Below are positions 1-9,282 of a DNA stretch of 64,000 bases, piece by piece. This DNA is from Myxococcota bacterium. Its GTDB lineage: Bacteria; Myxococcota_A; UBA796; SXON01. Each line of letters begins with the position of its first letter. Position 1 is the first letter of the stretch. A program made the translations under genes and the position numbers. The stretch lies in assembly GCA_040386535.1 (NCBI GenBank), contig JAZKFH010000076.1, positions 1 to 64,000 on the forward strand. Reading direction: 5' to 3'. The notes under the pieces were generated by a model. The model had not been told where the DNA came from. It made no database searches and worked only from the letters and a program-made list of their open reading frames with translations.

Positions 1-372
1 GGACCGGCCGCCCGCGGCGGGCGGCCGACTTCCGGGGGCCTGGCGCGAGGGTGTTGGGGGGGGGGGCGATCGGTTTCGGGCGGCCTCGCCGAAGCAGCGA
101 GTCTGGTGCGCACTAGTAATCGCGGACGGGACCGGGGTCGGCCGCGTGTGATTGGTTCCGGTCGGTGGGCGATGCGCACAGACGCCGGCGCCACCTATGC
201 GGTCGAGCGCTACTCGGGTGACCTCAAAGGGGATGGAGATCGGCTGCTCGGGCGATTGAATCATGCGAAGAAGCAGGAGACTGCCAATGGGTGGCCCGCC
301 TCGCGGCCATCGGGCCCTCCTGTCGAACAGGCCCCCGTTCAGGACGCGCCGAACTCGCCGGATGAGACGCCA

Positions 373-694
373 ATGCCTATGCACTTCCCTCAGCGGGCCC
401 GGGCTTAGCTGATTGGAGGGAGGATGCAGGCGCCGCCCGTTTGGCCGACGTATGGGCGGACTCGGAGTTTGGGATGGATCTACCGTCTAAAGTGACCGGA
501 TGGGCGCGCATCCCCCGACTTCGGACGGACATACCGTCCGCAGTGACGTGATGGGCGCGCATCCCCCGAGTTCGGACGGATATACCGTCCAAAGTAACGG
601 GATGGGTGCGCATCCACCGAGTTCGGACGGTCGCGCCGCTCCTCGCTGGCGTTTCAGCTTGCGAGCACCGCGCTGAGGGAAGTGCATAGGCATC
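373..694. mobile_element. MITE-like non-autonomous element
   Basis: Perfect 23-bp terminal inverted repeats (ATGCCTATGCACTTCCCTCAGCG at 373-395, complement at 671-693) flanked by the direct repeat GAGACGCCA (364-372, 695-703). No transposase inside. Confidence 0.55.
481..630. repeat. 51-bp tandem repeat x3, inside the MITE-like element
   Basis: Units start at 481, 532 and 583. A GGACGG..CCGTCC hairpin spans the unit junctions. Confidence 0.9.
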
Positions 695-887
695 GAGACG
701 CCATCCCCCGGGTTCGGCGCGCGGGACGCGCCGAACTGACTGGATGAGACGCTATCCCCCGAGTTCGGCGCGCGGGACGCGCCGAACTGACTGGATGAGA
801 CGCCATCCCCCGAGTTCGGCGCGCTGGACGCGCCGAACTGACTGGATGAGACGCCATCCCCCGGGTTCGGCGCGCGCTGGACGCGCC
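695..887. repeat. 51-bp palindromic (REP-like) tandem repeat x~3.8
   Basis: Units start at 695, 746, 797 and 848. Stem GTTCGGCGCG...CGCGCCGAAC. A partial unit also lies at 342-372. Confidence 0.9.
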
Positions 888-1100
888 TACGGGGGGCCAC
901 AGCCGACCACCGACGCTCCCTGTCGAGCGGGTAGCCCTTCGTGCCGTTCGGCGCGTCACCGATGGACGTGCATGACACCCGAGTCAGCCGATGACCGAGC
1001 ATCTCTCGACCACGCTCCGCGGGCCGGGATTGGCGCTGGCCGGCCGACTGAAGTTGGATCACCCCCCGCCGATGTGGCCCCTCGCGCGTGGCGACAACGG

Positions 1101-2030
1101 TCACCCCGCCAGCGTGATCGTCCCGCACGCGTAGACGTCCTGCACCGCGTGCAGGAGCGCCACCGCCTCGTCGAAAGGGCGCTCGGTGGCCGCGAGCCCG
1201 GCCACGAGGCCGAAGCCGCCCGCGCGCTTCTGGAGCACTGCGGCCAGGAGCGCGCGGCGGAGCGGATCGCCGCCGCCCCACGGCACCGTCCCGAGCGTGG
1301 CGGCGCGGCCGGCGCGCGCGTAGCCGGCCCGGAGCGTCGTGAGCGCAACGTGTGCGGCGTCGGGATCGAGACCGGCGCTCGCCGCGTCGAGCAGCGCCTT
1401 GGACGGGCGGGGTCGGAGCGCCGGCGGGCCGGCAAGGTCGACACTCACCAGCGCGGCGCCGGCCGCCGCGAGGGCGCCCGTCACGCCGGGCTCCGCGGCC
1501 GCGACGTGGGGGCACAGCAGCACGGGCAGCCCCTCGGCGGCGGCGCGGGCCACGAGCGCGGGGGCGTCCACGTCCTCCGGCGCGGGGGAGTGGGCGGCCT
1601 CGATGCCCACCACCCCGAGATCGCGCACGCGGCGGATCGTGGCGGCGTCCGCGTCGACCGGCAGGCCGACCACGAGCGGCACGCGGTGGGCGTAGCGAGG
1701 CGCCACCGCGTCGAGGTGGCGCGCGTCGAGGACCAGTCCGCTGCACCCGCCGTCAACGGCGAGCTCCGCGAAGCGGCACGGGTCGTCGATGGGGCCCACC
1801 ATGTCGAGCAGGCACAGGTACCCGGTGCCAGCGAGCCGCCCCGCGTCGAACAGCGCCTGGAGATTCCGGCGCCACATGGGGGTGTGGTCGGCGCCGCCCC
1901 ACGCGCGATCGACGAAGTCCGGCCCCGGAAGCAGGCGCGCCCGCGGCCGCAGCCCCCCGCCGCGCAACGCGGCGTCGAGCAGCAGGTCGGCCTCGGCGCC
2001 GAGGATCGTGCGGATGCTGTCGATGTCCAT
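1101..2030 (-). CDS. Class I fructose-bisphosphate aldolase (FbaB/DhnA)-like protein, probably catalytically inactive
   Basis: LPGPDFVDR, GRLAGTGYL, RYAHRVP, KRAGGFGL and AVQDVY match FbaB. The Schiff-base Lys motif is absent. Confidence 0.8.
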   Translation of the reverse strand: MDIDSIRTILGAEADLLLDAALRGGGLRPRARLLPGPDFVDRAWGGADHTPMWRRNLQALFDAGRLAGTGYLCLLDMVGPIDDPCRFAELAVDGGCSGLVLDARHLDAVAPRYAHRVPLVVGLPVDADAATIRRVRDLGVVGIEAAHSPAPEDVDAPALVARAAAEGLPVLLCPHVAAAEPGVTGALAAAGAALVSVDLAGPPALRPRPSKALLDAASAGLDPDAAHVALTTLRAGYARAGRAATLGTVPWGGGDPLRRALLAAVLQKRAGGFGLVAGLAATERPFDEAVALLHAVQDVYACGTITLAG

Positions 2031-2159
2031 GCGGGCCCCGGGAGGCATCGGGCGTATCCGGATGGGTGCATGTGTGCTTTGGGCGGAGGCGGCCGCGGGG
2101 CCTTCGCCGCGCTGGCACCCCGCGAGCGCGGCGCCGTCGCGCGGGCCCGCTGGCCGACC

Positions 2160-2344
2160 CATGCCCCTCTGAACGCCGCAATTTCAGAGTCATGCCATGA
2201 TGAATGAACGTCTCCGGCCGCCCACAGCGCCCGCAGCGGCACCGGCGCACGGAGCAACGCCGATCGTTCATGGGTGTGCCCTCGCGGGCGTGCTTTCACC
2301 CTGGCATGACCCCGAAAAGCGTTCGTTCAACTGGACATGACCCC
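2160..2344. repeat. Inverted pair of a dispersed intergenic repeat (CATG-bounded ~45-50 bp arms)
   Basis: Arms at 2160-2210 and 2296-2344 resemble the arms at 46050-46100, 46188-46239 and 46320-46372. Confidence 0.65.
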
Positions 2345-2585
2345 GGTGTCGCTGCGGGGCCCGGGACGATCTGGGTCCAGGCCTCGGCTCGACGGCTTGG
2401 CCGACGCTCAGTCGGCCCGCCCCCGCCGGTCCGCGATCTGGCCCCCCCCCCGCTCGCCCCGCCGCCCCCGCCGCCGCACCGGCCGCGCGCCGCGCGCGGT
2501 CCGTGTGCCCTGCTTCCCTCCTGCTCCCCGCTCCCCGCCACCCACCCCGTTGACCCCGTTCTGCGCGGCAAGTACGTTCCCGCCG

Positions 2586-3302
2586 ATGTCCTCTCCCGGG
2601 TCGAGCGCCGCCTTTCCTCCGACCCGCTGGACGCTCATCGCCGAGGCCCGCGGCGACGCCACCGTCCGTCGCGCCGCGCTCGACGAGCTGCTCGCCGCCT
2701 ACTGGACCCCGCTGTACGTCTACGCGCGTCGCAAGGGCCTGAACGCCGAGGACGCCCAGGAGGCCGTGCAGGACCTGTTCACCGACCTCGTGGAGCGCCA
2801 GTTTCCCGGCACGCTCGACCCCGGCCTGGGGCGGCTGCGCGGCTGGCTCAAGGCGTGCCTGGACCACCACCTCGTCAACCGTCACGCGGCCCAGACGGCC
2901 AAGAAGCGTGGCGGCGGGGTGCGCCACGTCCCGCTCGACACCGAGGTCGGGGAGCGGGCGCTGGCGGCGGCGGTGGCCTCGCCCGAGGACGCGTACACCC
3001 GGCAATGGGCCGCGCAGCTGATGGAGCGCGCGCTGGCGCGCCTCGGGGACGAGCACCGCGACGAGGGCCGTGTCGGCTCGTTCGACGTGGTGCTGCGCTT
3101 CTTCGGGAGCGGGGTGGCGCCCGCCTACCGCGATGTCGCCGCCGAGACCGGGATGTCGATCCCCCAACTCAAGGCGTTCCTGCACCGCGCGCGGGTGCGG
3201 TACCGCGCCCTGGTCGTCGAGGAGGTGCGCCAGACCGTGGCCCGCCCCGAGGACGCCGAGCGCGAGATGAGCGAGCTGCTGGCGTTGCTCGGCGCCGCGT
3301 GA
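2586..3302 (+). CDS. ECF sigma-70 factor, kinase-associated type
   Basis: FPPTRWTLI N-terminus, YWTPLYVYARR, EDAQEAVQDLF and a region-4 HTH (YRDVAAETGMS...LHRAR). Confidence 0.85.
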   Translation: MSSPGSSAAFPPTRWTLIAEARGDATVRRAALDELLAAYWTPLYVYARRKGLNAEDAQEAVQDLFTDLVERQFPGTLDPGLGRLRGWLKACLDHHLVNRHAAQTAKKRGGGVRHVPLDTEVGERALAAAVASPEDAYTRQWAAQLMERALARLGDEHRDEGRVGSFDVVLRFFGSGVAPAYRDVAAETGMSIPQLKAFLHRARVRYRALVVEEVRQTVARPEDAEREMSELLALLGAA

Positions 3303-4726
3303 ACGCCACGTTTGCCACCGAATGCCCGCGGTGCGGCGCCCCACTCGGGGCGAGCCGTGCGTGCGCGCGGTGTCTGTTGACCGATCCGGTCGGCACCACA
3401 CCTTTCGATCTGCTCGAGGAGATCGGCCGCGGTGGCATGGGCACCGTGTGGCGGGCACGACACCGGGGGCTCGACCGCATCGTGGCGGTCAAGTACCTCT
3501 CCGACGCGCTCGCCGAGCGCCCCGATTTCGTGGCACGTTTCCTCCAGGAGGCGCGGCTGATGGCCCGGCTCCAGCACCCCCGCATCGTCGCCGTGTACGA
3601 CGTGGGCGAGGACGAGGGCCTGCCCTACATCGTGATGGAGTACGTGCCCGGCCCCTCGTTGGCGGCGGTGCTGCCGCTCACGCCCGCGCGCGCGATCGAC
3701 ATCGGCGTGGGCGTATGTGAGGCGCTCGCGTTCGCGCATGCCAACGGCGTCGTGCACCGTGACATCAAGCCCGAGAACATCCTGCTCGATGACACGGGCG
3801 CGGTGAAGGTGGCCGACTTCGGCATCGCGCGCCTGCTCGACGTCCCCGGCGCCACCGCCACCGGAGCGCTCATCGGCACGCCCGCCTACCTCTCCCCCGA
3901 GGCGATGGCCGGCGCCCGGCCCGACCCCCGGATGGATTTGTACGCCGTCGGCGCGGTGCTCTACCAATGTGTCAGCGGCGCGCTCCCCGTGGGCGCGCTC
4001 GACTCCGTGGGGCCAGCGCTCGATCCAATCGTGCGGCGAGCGCTGGCACCCGTCGCGCGCCGATTTGGTTCCGCCGCGGAGCTCTCGCGCGCGCTCGAAG
4101 CGGCGCGGGCCGTTCACGGGGGCGTGGAGGGCGGCGCCTTCACCGGCGAGGAGGCCCTGCTCAAGCGCGTGGCGGCGCTGATCCTCACCGCGGCCACAGG
4201 CACCGGCATCGGCGCCGTGCTGGTGAGCGTGACCCCGCGCATCCTCGCCCCCGAGGACGTGCGCCCGCTCGTGATGGTGGGGCTCGAGCCCCTGGCGGAC
4301 GGCCGGCTCCTGTCCCGCGCGCGCTTCGAGGAGGGGCCCCTGCTCGCGGCGGTCGCGGCGGCGGCGGCGGGGGTGGCGATGTGGGCGCTGCTGCTCCGCC
4401 ACTGGCGCACCGCGGGGCTATTGGATCCGCGGCCGGAGCGGGCGGTGCCGGAGGGGCGTTGGTTGCTTGCGTTCGGGGTGTTCGCGTTGCTCACGGGGGT
4501 GTTGCGCAAGCTCTTCTTGCCACCCACGTCCGCGCTCGCGCCGTTCGTCCCCTTGTTGGGCGGCGCGCTGGAGATCGTGTGCCTGGCGCTGTTCTGGTCG
4601 GCGGTGCTCGAAGCGCGCCGCACGTCACGGCCGCTGGCGCGTGAGTGGAGGGTGTGGGTGGGGATGGGTGTGGCGTTGGTGCCACCGGTGCAGGCGACGC
4701 TGGAGTGGTTGGCGGGGTTCGGATAG
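3299..4726 (+). CDS. Membrane Ser/Thr protein kinase with N-terminal Zn ribbon
   Basis: CPRC...CARC, GRGGMG, VAVK, HRDIKPEN, DFG, GTPAYLSPE and C-terminal TM helices. GTGA overlap with the ECF stop. Confidence 0.92.
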   Translation: MNATFATECPRCGAPLGASRACARCLLTDPVGTTPFDLLEEIGRGGMGTVWRARHRGLDRIVAVKYLSDALAERPDFVARFLQEARLMARLQHPRIVAVYDVGEDEGLPYIVMEYVPGPSLAAVLPLTPARAIDIGVGVCEALAFAHANGVVHRDIKPENILLDDTGAVKVADFGIARLLDVPGATATGALIGTPAYLSPEAMAGARPDPRMDLYAVGAVLYQCVSGALPVGALDSVGPALDPIVRRALAPVARRFGSAAELSRALEAARAVHGGVEGGAFTGEEALLKRVAALILTAATGTGIGAVLVSVTPRILAPEDVRPLVMVGLEPLADGRLLSRARFEEGPLLAAVAAAAAGVAMWALLLRHWRTAGLLDPRPERAVPEGRWLLAFGVFALLTGVLRKLFLPPTSALAPFVPLLGGALEIVCLALFWSAVLEARRTSRPLAREWRVWVGMGVALVPPVQATLEWLAGFG

Positions 4727-4733
4727 CTGAGCG

Positions 4734-4934
4734 CTACTTCGCCCCTCCCTCCACCGGGCCCGCCCGCCCGTGCACGCGCTCCCTCTGCTCCCGCTGGTTC
4801 TCCAGCTGCGCCCGGATCTTGCGGATCCGCGCCACGTCACCGGCCGCGAGGGCGTCGATCGCCTCGCTGAGCAGATCCGCCGTCACCTGCGCGTGGTCCG
4901 GCGTATCGAGGGCACGGTGGTTGGGAGGTTGCAT
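4734..4934 (-). CDS. Small hypothetical protein
   Basis: Helical-looking ORF with a GAGG RBS. No recognisable motif. Confidence 0.4.
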   Translation of the reverse strand: MQPPNHRALDTPDHAQVTADLLSEAIDALAAGDVARIRKIRAQLENQREQRERVHGRAGPVEGGAK

Positions 4935-5126
4935 TCCTACCTCGTGACCCGGCGCGGAGGACGGCGGCTTTCGGCGCGCTTTCTCCGGCGCGGATCGGGA
5001 AGCGCCGCGACGAAGATCCTTTTTCGACTTTCTCGCCGTCCCGCGCAACCGCCGCCCCCGGTTCCTGAAGAGGTCAGCAGAGGCCCGAGGGCCTCCTCAC
5101 CCCCCTTCACCTACCCGGAGCCGCTC

Positions 5127-5540
5127 ATGGACTACACCGTCCTCACCTACGCATCCTTCCTCGGCATCAGCATCGCCCTCACCGTCTGGGTCGCGCGCAC
5201 CCTCGTCAAGAACGGGCGGATCTTCCTGGTCGACGCGTTCGGCGGCAACGAGCCGCTCGCGGACTCGGTCAACCACCTGCTCGGGGTGGGGTTCTACCTC
5301 GTCAACCTCGGGTACGTGTCGCTCAAGATGCAGACCTACGACTCGATCACCGGCTACTCCGGGGTGTTCGAGGTGGTCGCGGGCAAGGTCGGCGGCGTGA
5401 TGCTCGCGCTGGGGTTCATGCACTTCTTCAACCTGTTCCTCTTCTCGCGCATGCGCCGTCGCGGCCTCGCGCACCTCGCGCCGCCGCCCGTCCTCCCCAA
5501 CGAATTCCTCGCACCGCGCACCGCGGCCAAGGTGGCGTGA
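5127..5540 (+). CDS. Conserved small integral membrane protein
   Basis: TVWVARTL..NGRIFL.D.F.GNE.LADSVNHLL.VGFYL.NLG pattern, three TM segments, GGAG RBS. Confidence 0.8.
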   Translation: MDYTVLTYASFLGISIALTVWVARTLVKNGRIFLVDAFGGNEPLADSVNHLLGVGFYLVNLGYVSLKMQTYDSITGYSGVFEVVAGKVGGVMLALGFMHFFNLFLFSRMRRRGLAHLAPPPVLPNEFLAPRTAAKVA

Positions 5541-5544
5541 CCCC

Positions 5545-6012
5545 ATGCTCACCAAGCTGTTCGTCCTGTACGACGCCGACTGTGGCTTCTGTACCCGCTG
5601 CGCGCGGTGGTTGGCCGGCCAACGCCGCCACGTGCGCCTCGAATGCCTCCCGAACGGATCGCCCTACCTCGCGGAGCTCTTTCCTACCCTGCGCGCGCTC
5701 CCCAAGGCGGAGCTGACCGTGATCGACGACCAGGGCGGGGTTTATTATGGCACCAATGCCTGGCTCATGGCCCTCTGGGCGCTGGAGGAGTACCGGCCGT
5801 GGGCCGCCCGCCTCGCCACCCCGGCGCTGCGCCCCTTCGCGCGGGAGGCCTTCGAGCTCGTTTCCACCAACCGGCGCGGGATAAGCGCGCTGTTGGGGCT
5901 CCGCAACGAGGCCGCGATGGCGCGGGCGCTCCAGGCGGCGGTCGACCCCGAGAACCACGTGCGGTGCGCCGACGGCCACTGCACGCCCGAGCGACACGGG
6001 GCGCCTGCGTAG
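5545..6012 (+). CDS. DCC1-like thiol-disulfide oxidoreductase (DUF393)
   Basis: N-terminal LYDADCGFC (DxxCxxC) motif. Confidence 0.85.
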   Translation: MLTKLFVLYDADCGFCTRCARWLAGQRRHVRLECLPNGSPYLAELFPTLRALPKAELTVIDDQGGVYYGTNAWLMALWALEEYRPWAARLATPALRPFAREAFELVSTNRRGISALLGLRNEAAMARALQAAVDPENHVRCADGHCTPERHGAPA

Positions 6013-6169
6013 TCGTGGCAGAGCTGACGGCGGCGTGTGTGGGAGAGAGAGGCGGGCGAAAGCAGGTGGTTCCACGGCGTGCTTGCCTCTCTCCGACGAG
6101 AGCCTATGTTCGTGGGGTCACTGCCAACCCGGCACACCGCTTCGAGAACAGCTTCAGAGAGGAGATCCC

Positions 6170-6616
6170 ATGAACACGGGAAACACCGACAAGGCGATCG
6201 AGCAGTTGAATTCCTTCCTCCGCGGGGAGATCAGCTCGGTCGAGACCTACCGCCAGGCGCTCGACCGCATCCAGGATCCGCGGGTCCGCAACGAGCTGCA
6301 GAACCTGCTCCGCTCCCACCAGGAGCGCACCGATCTGCTCCGGCAGCGGGTGGTCGAGCTCGGGGGAAATCCGGCGACCACGTCGGGTGCGTGGGGTGCG
6401 TTCGCCAAGCTGGTCGAAGGCGCGGGAGCGGTGTTCGGGATCGGCCCGGCGCTCTCCGCGCTCAAGCAGGGCGAGGAGCACGGGATGAACGATTACCGCC
6501 GTGACCTCGGCGACCTCGATCCCAATTCGCAGGAGCTGATCCGCAGCCGCATCCTCCCCGAGCAGGAGCGTACGTGCCGGGCGATCACCAACCTGCAACA
6601 GACGGTGCCGGCGTAG
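6170..6616 (+). CDS. Ferritin-like four-helix protein (DUF2383/PA2169 family)
   Basis: LNSFLRGEISSVETYRQAL...SGAWGAFAK...GEEHG, with a GAGGAG RBS. Confidence 0.8.
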   Translation: MNTGNTDKAIEQLNSFLRGEISSVETYRQALDRIQDPRVRNELQNLLRSHQERTDLLRQRVVELGGNPATTSGAWGAFAKLVEGAGAVFGIGPALSALKQGEEHGMNDYRRDLGDLDPNSQELIRSRILPEQERTCRAITNLQQTVPA

Positions 6617-6680
6617 GAGTGGTGAAGGCGTCGGCTCCGTAGCCGCCGCCCGCCGCGCTCCTGGGGGAACGCCGATACCA

Positions 6681-6732
6681 CGCCCCGGCCCACGATACGG
6701 AGACGTGTCGTGTGGCCGGTGGCGCCTTTTTT
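6681..6732 (+). terminator. Intrinsic terminator
   Basis: Long stem with a GAGA loop followed by T6. Confidence 0.6.
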
Positions 6733-6774
6733 CTGGCAACCCTCCCGCGCGCCGAGCTGTCGGCCTGCGACAGA

Positions 6775-7980
6775 TCAGCCCGCGAGGTCCGCCGGCTTGG
6801 GCTTGCGGAACACGAGCCAACCAAAGCCGCCGAGCACGCCGACGAACAAGGCGCCCGCCCCGAGCACGGCCGGATGAAACGGTTGGTAGGTCAGGGTGTG
6901 CACGATCCACTCGCCCATCTCGTGGATGGACGCGCCGCCGTCGGGCCCCTCGAAGGTGAAGCTCGCGGTCGTCGCGCGGATGGCCGACTCGAGCTCCGCT
7001 GCGCTGTCGGGCTCGCCCACGCCCCAGGCCACGATGGTGCCGCGATCGTAGGGCATGGCGGCGATGCGCAGCGCCTTTCCGCTCACCTCGGGCGCGAGCA
7101 GGATGCCGAGGCGGTCGCCCCGCTCGAGCGGGATGGCGGCGGGCACCTTGTCGGCCGCCTTGCCGAAGAAGCGCTGCTTGAGCAGGGTCTCCTCGGCGGG
7201 GAACGAGTCCTCGTCGAGGATCCCCATCTTCCAGGATTCGCCGCAGAACAGGATCAGGTCGACCTCGCCGGCGGGGCTCGGGCGGATCGCGCGGAGGCAC
7301 GCGGAGGGGTCCTTGGGGCCGATGCCGATGGCGGCCAGGGCCTTGTCGGCGTCGGGCTCCTCGATGGGCAGCGGGCGGCGCCAGCCGCCAGGGAGCGTGG
7401 CCGAAAAGCCGAGCGCCGTGGTCGCCGGGCCGCCCAGGGCCAGGATCTCGGCGGCCGGCTTCTGCACGGTGAGGCGCTCCAGCACCGTGTCGAGCGCGCT
7501 GGTGGCCCGGCCGGCGTTCTGCGCCGCCGCCAGCATCGCCACGTGCATCACCTTGCCCTCCACAGGAAAGGCGGCGACCTCCATCACGCCCTTGGGGCCG
7601 CCCTTCTCGAACGAAAAGCGCATCGTCGTGCGCGCGGTGGGGCGCCCGCGGAGCTCGGCGATGCTCACCGTGTCGCGCAGGACGCTGACGGCGCGCATGT
7701 CCTCGAGCTTGTCGCCATAGACGCCGGCCCAGCGCTCGGCGGCGTCCTTGGTGATCGCGATCTGGAACGGCGTGTACCAGACCTCGACCGCCACGCCCCC
7801 GTCGCCCGTCTTGCCCTTCCAATCCCAGTCGGACCAGCGGGTCATCTCCCAGCCGGCGGGCATGTCCAGCGTGACGCCGGCGTCGTTCAGCGCGTAGACC
7901 TCCGCGTGGGCCTCCGGGAGCACCATCTGGAGGGCCGTCTGGAGCACCAGCGGGAGCGCGAGCAGGGCGGGGAGCAGCAT
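6775..7980 (-). CDS. Exported protein with C-terminal membrane anchor
   Basis: Signal peptide ending in AHA, C-terminal TM followed by RKPK, typical codon usage. Confidence 0.75.
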   Translation of the reverse strand: MLLPALLALPLVLQTALQMVLPEAHAEVYALNDAGVTLDMPAGWEMTRWSDWDWKGKTGDGGVAVEVWYTPFQIAITKDAAERWAGVYGDKLEDMRAVSVLRDTVSIAELRGRPTARTTMRFSFEKGGPKGVMEVAAFPVEGKVMHVAMLAAAQNAGRATSALDTVLERLTVQKPAAEILALGGPATTALGFSATLPGGWRRPLPIEEPDADKALAAIGIGPKDPSACLRAIRPSPAGEVDLILFCGESWKMGILDEDSFPAEETLLKQRFFGKAADKVPAAIPLERGDRLGILLAPEVSGKALRIAAMPYDRGTIVAWGVGEPDSAAELESAIRATTASFTFEGPDGGASIHEMGEWIVHTLTYQPFHPAVLGAGALFVGVLGGFGWLVFRKPKPADLAG

Positions 7981-8131
7981 GGGGAGGGCCCGGGAGAGGG
8001 CGGCCAGCCTAACCGGGGAGCAGGCACGGGGCAGCCGGCCCGCGCGGACGCGGCCGCCGCGGGGCCGGGGTGCGCAGACGAGCCTGGCGGCTCCCTCCCG
8101 CTACCGGGGGAGCCGCCCGCACTGCCGCGCC

Positions 8132-8863
8132 TTAGTAGACCTGGAGGTGCGCGTACGCGTCTTCGTCCTGGAAGTCGGTGCGCGTGGCCGAGAACGTGTT
8201 CGTGCCCGAGCACTCGGTGGCGACGGTGAGACGGCAATCGTCGTCATCACACTCCTGCTCGTCGGCGCGGTTGTACTGGGTGTACTCGTCGCCGTCCTCG
8301 TCGTACACGAGGTACGTGCTGGAGGGGATCGCGCCGGAGCTGCCGCCGATATCGTCCTCGTCCCACTCGTCGCTCTCGACCCACGAGCTCGAGAGGAGCG
8401 AGCTCGCCGTGAGGTTGCCGGAGGCGGTGCCGCCCTTGCCGAAGGTGAGCGTCACGAGCGCCTCGGAGGTGTCCTCGTCCGACTCGATGAAGCGGTAGCC
8501 GTCCTCGTGCTCGGAGCGCTCTTCGTTGCCCGAGGTGTCAGCCCACGAGAAGGACCAGGTCTCCCCGTCCCACTCGCCGGGGAGCACTTCGCCGCCCCAC
8601 ACGAGGACCGCCTGGTTGGGCGCGGTGGTCTCGATCTGGGCGAACAGCAGCGTGTCGCTGCCGGTGGTGCTCTGCTCGTAGGTCCACTCGCTGTCGTTGT
8701 CGGGCTCGTCGGCATCGGGCACGTGGCCGTCGGTGAAGTTCTCGGTGATGTTCGACTCACACTCGACGCCCGCGTCGGCATCGTATGCCACACGAACGAG
8801 CCAGATGCCCGAGGGAGAGCTGCAACCAGTCATGAGCGCGAGCGCCACTGTAAATAGGGCCAT
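8132..8863 (-). CDS. Acidic hypothetical lipoprotein
   Basis: Lipobox MTGC and a GGAGG RBS. Confidence 0.75.
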   Translation of the reverse strand: MALFTVALALMTGCSSPSGIWLVRVAYDADAGVECESNITENFTDGHVPDADEPDNDSEWTYEQSTTGSDTLLFAQIETTAPNQAVLVWGGEVLPGEWDGETWSFSWADTSGNEERSEHEDGYRFIESDEDTSEALVTLTFGKGGTASGNLTASSLLSSSWVESDEWDEDDIGGSSGAIPSSTYLVYDEDGDEYTQYNRADEQECDDDDCRLTVATECSGTNTFSATRTDFQDEDAYAHLQVY

Positions 8864-8964
8864 GGATCCTCCAGGCGCCGACTGTGTCTCGAAATCTCCG
8901 CACCGTCAACCGGAATCGCTCGCGTTGCCGGTTCGCGGCCGCACCGAATACATCCGCGTGGGGT

Positions 8965-9282
8965 TCAACGCGTCGGGCTGCACTCCAGCCATTCCCCGAG
9001 CAATGTCACGTCGTCCGCCAACATTCCGCCTCCGGGCGGCATCGTCGCGTTGGTGAGCACGACGCGGCGCACCGCGTCCGTTTGTGCACGCACCTCGGCC
9101 TCGGTGGCGAAGTCGATTCCTTCGGGGGCGCCGTGGCGGTCCGCCGCGGTGGCGGCGTGACAGGACTGGCAGTAGGAGACGAAAAACCCCTGCGCGAAGT
9201 TCTGCCAGGTCACCGCGGTCTCGCACCCGGAGTCTTCCGGCGCCGTGTTTCCCGCCACACACGCCAGCAGCAGCAGGATCAC
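8965..9282 (-). CDS. Small monoheme c-type cytochrome lipoprotein
   Basis: LLAC lipobox, CQSCH heme motif and distal TMPP Met. The GTG overlaps the upstream stop. Confidence 0.75.
   Translation of the reverse strand: MILLLLACVAGNTAPEDSGCETAVTWQNFAQGFFVSYCQSCHAATAADRHGAPEGIDFATEAEVRAQTDAVRRVVLTNATMPPGGGMLADDVTLLGEWLECSPTR

Noticed and set aside
106..408. 100-aa ORF
   Set aside because: No motif, and it runs into the repeat/inverted-repeat region.
481..887. CRISPR array
   Set aside because: The units are contiguous with no unique spacers, and no cas genes are present.
6130..6145. Sigma54-like site CGGCACACCGCTTCG
   Set aside because: The -12 GC is absent.
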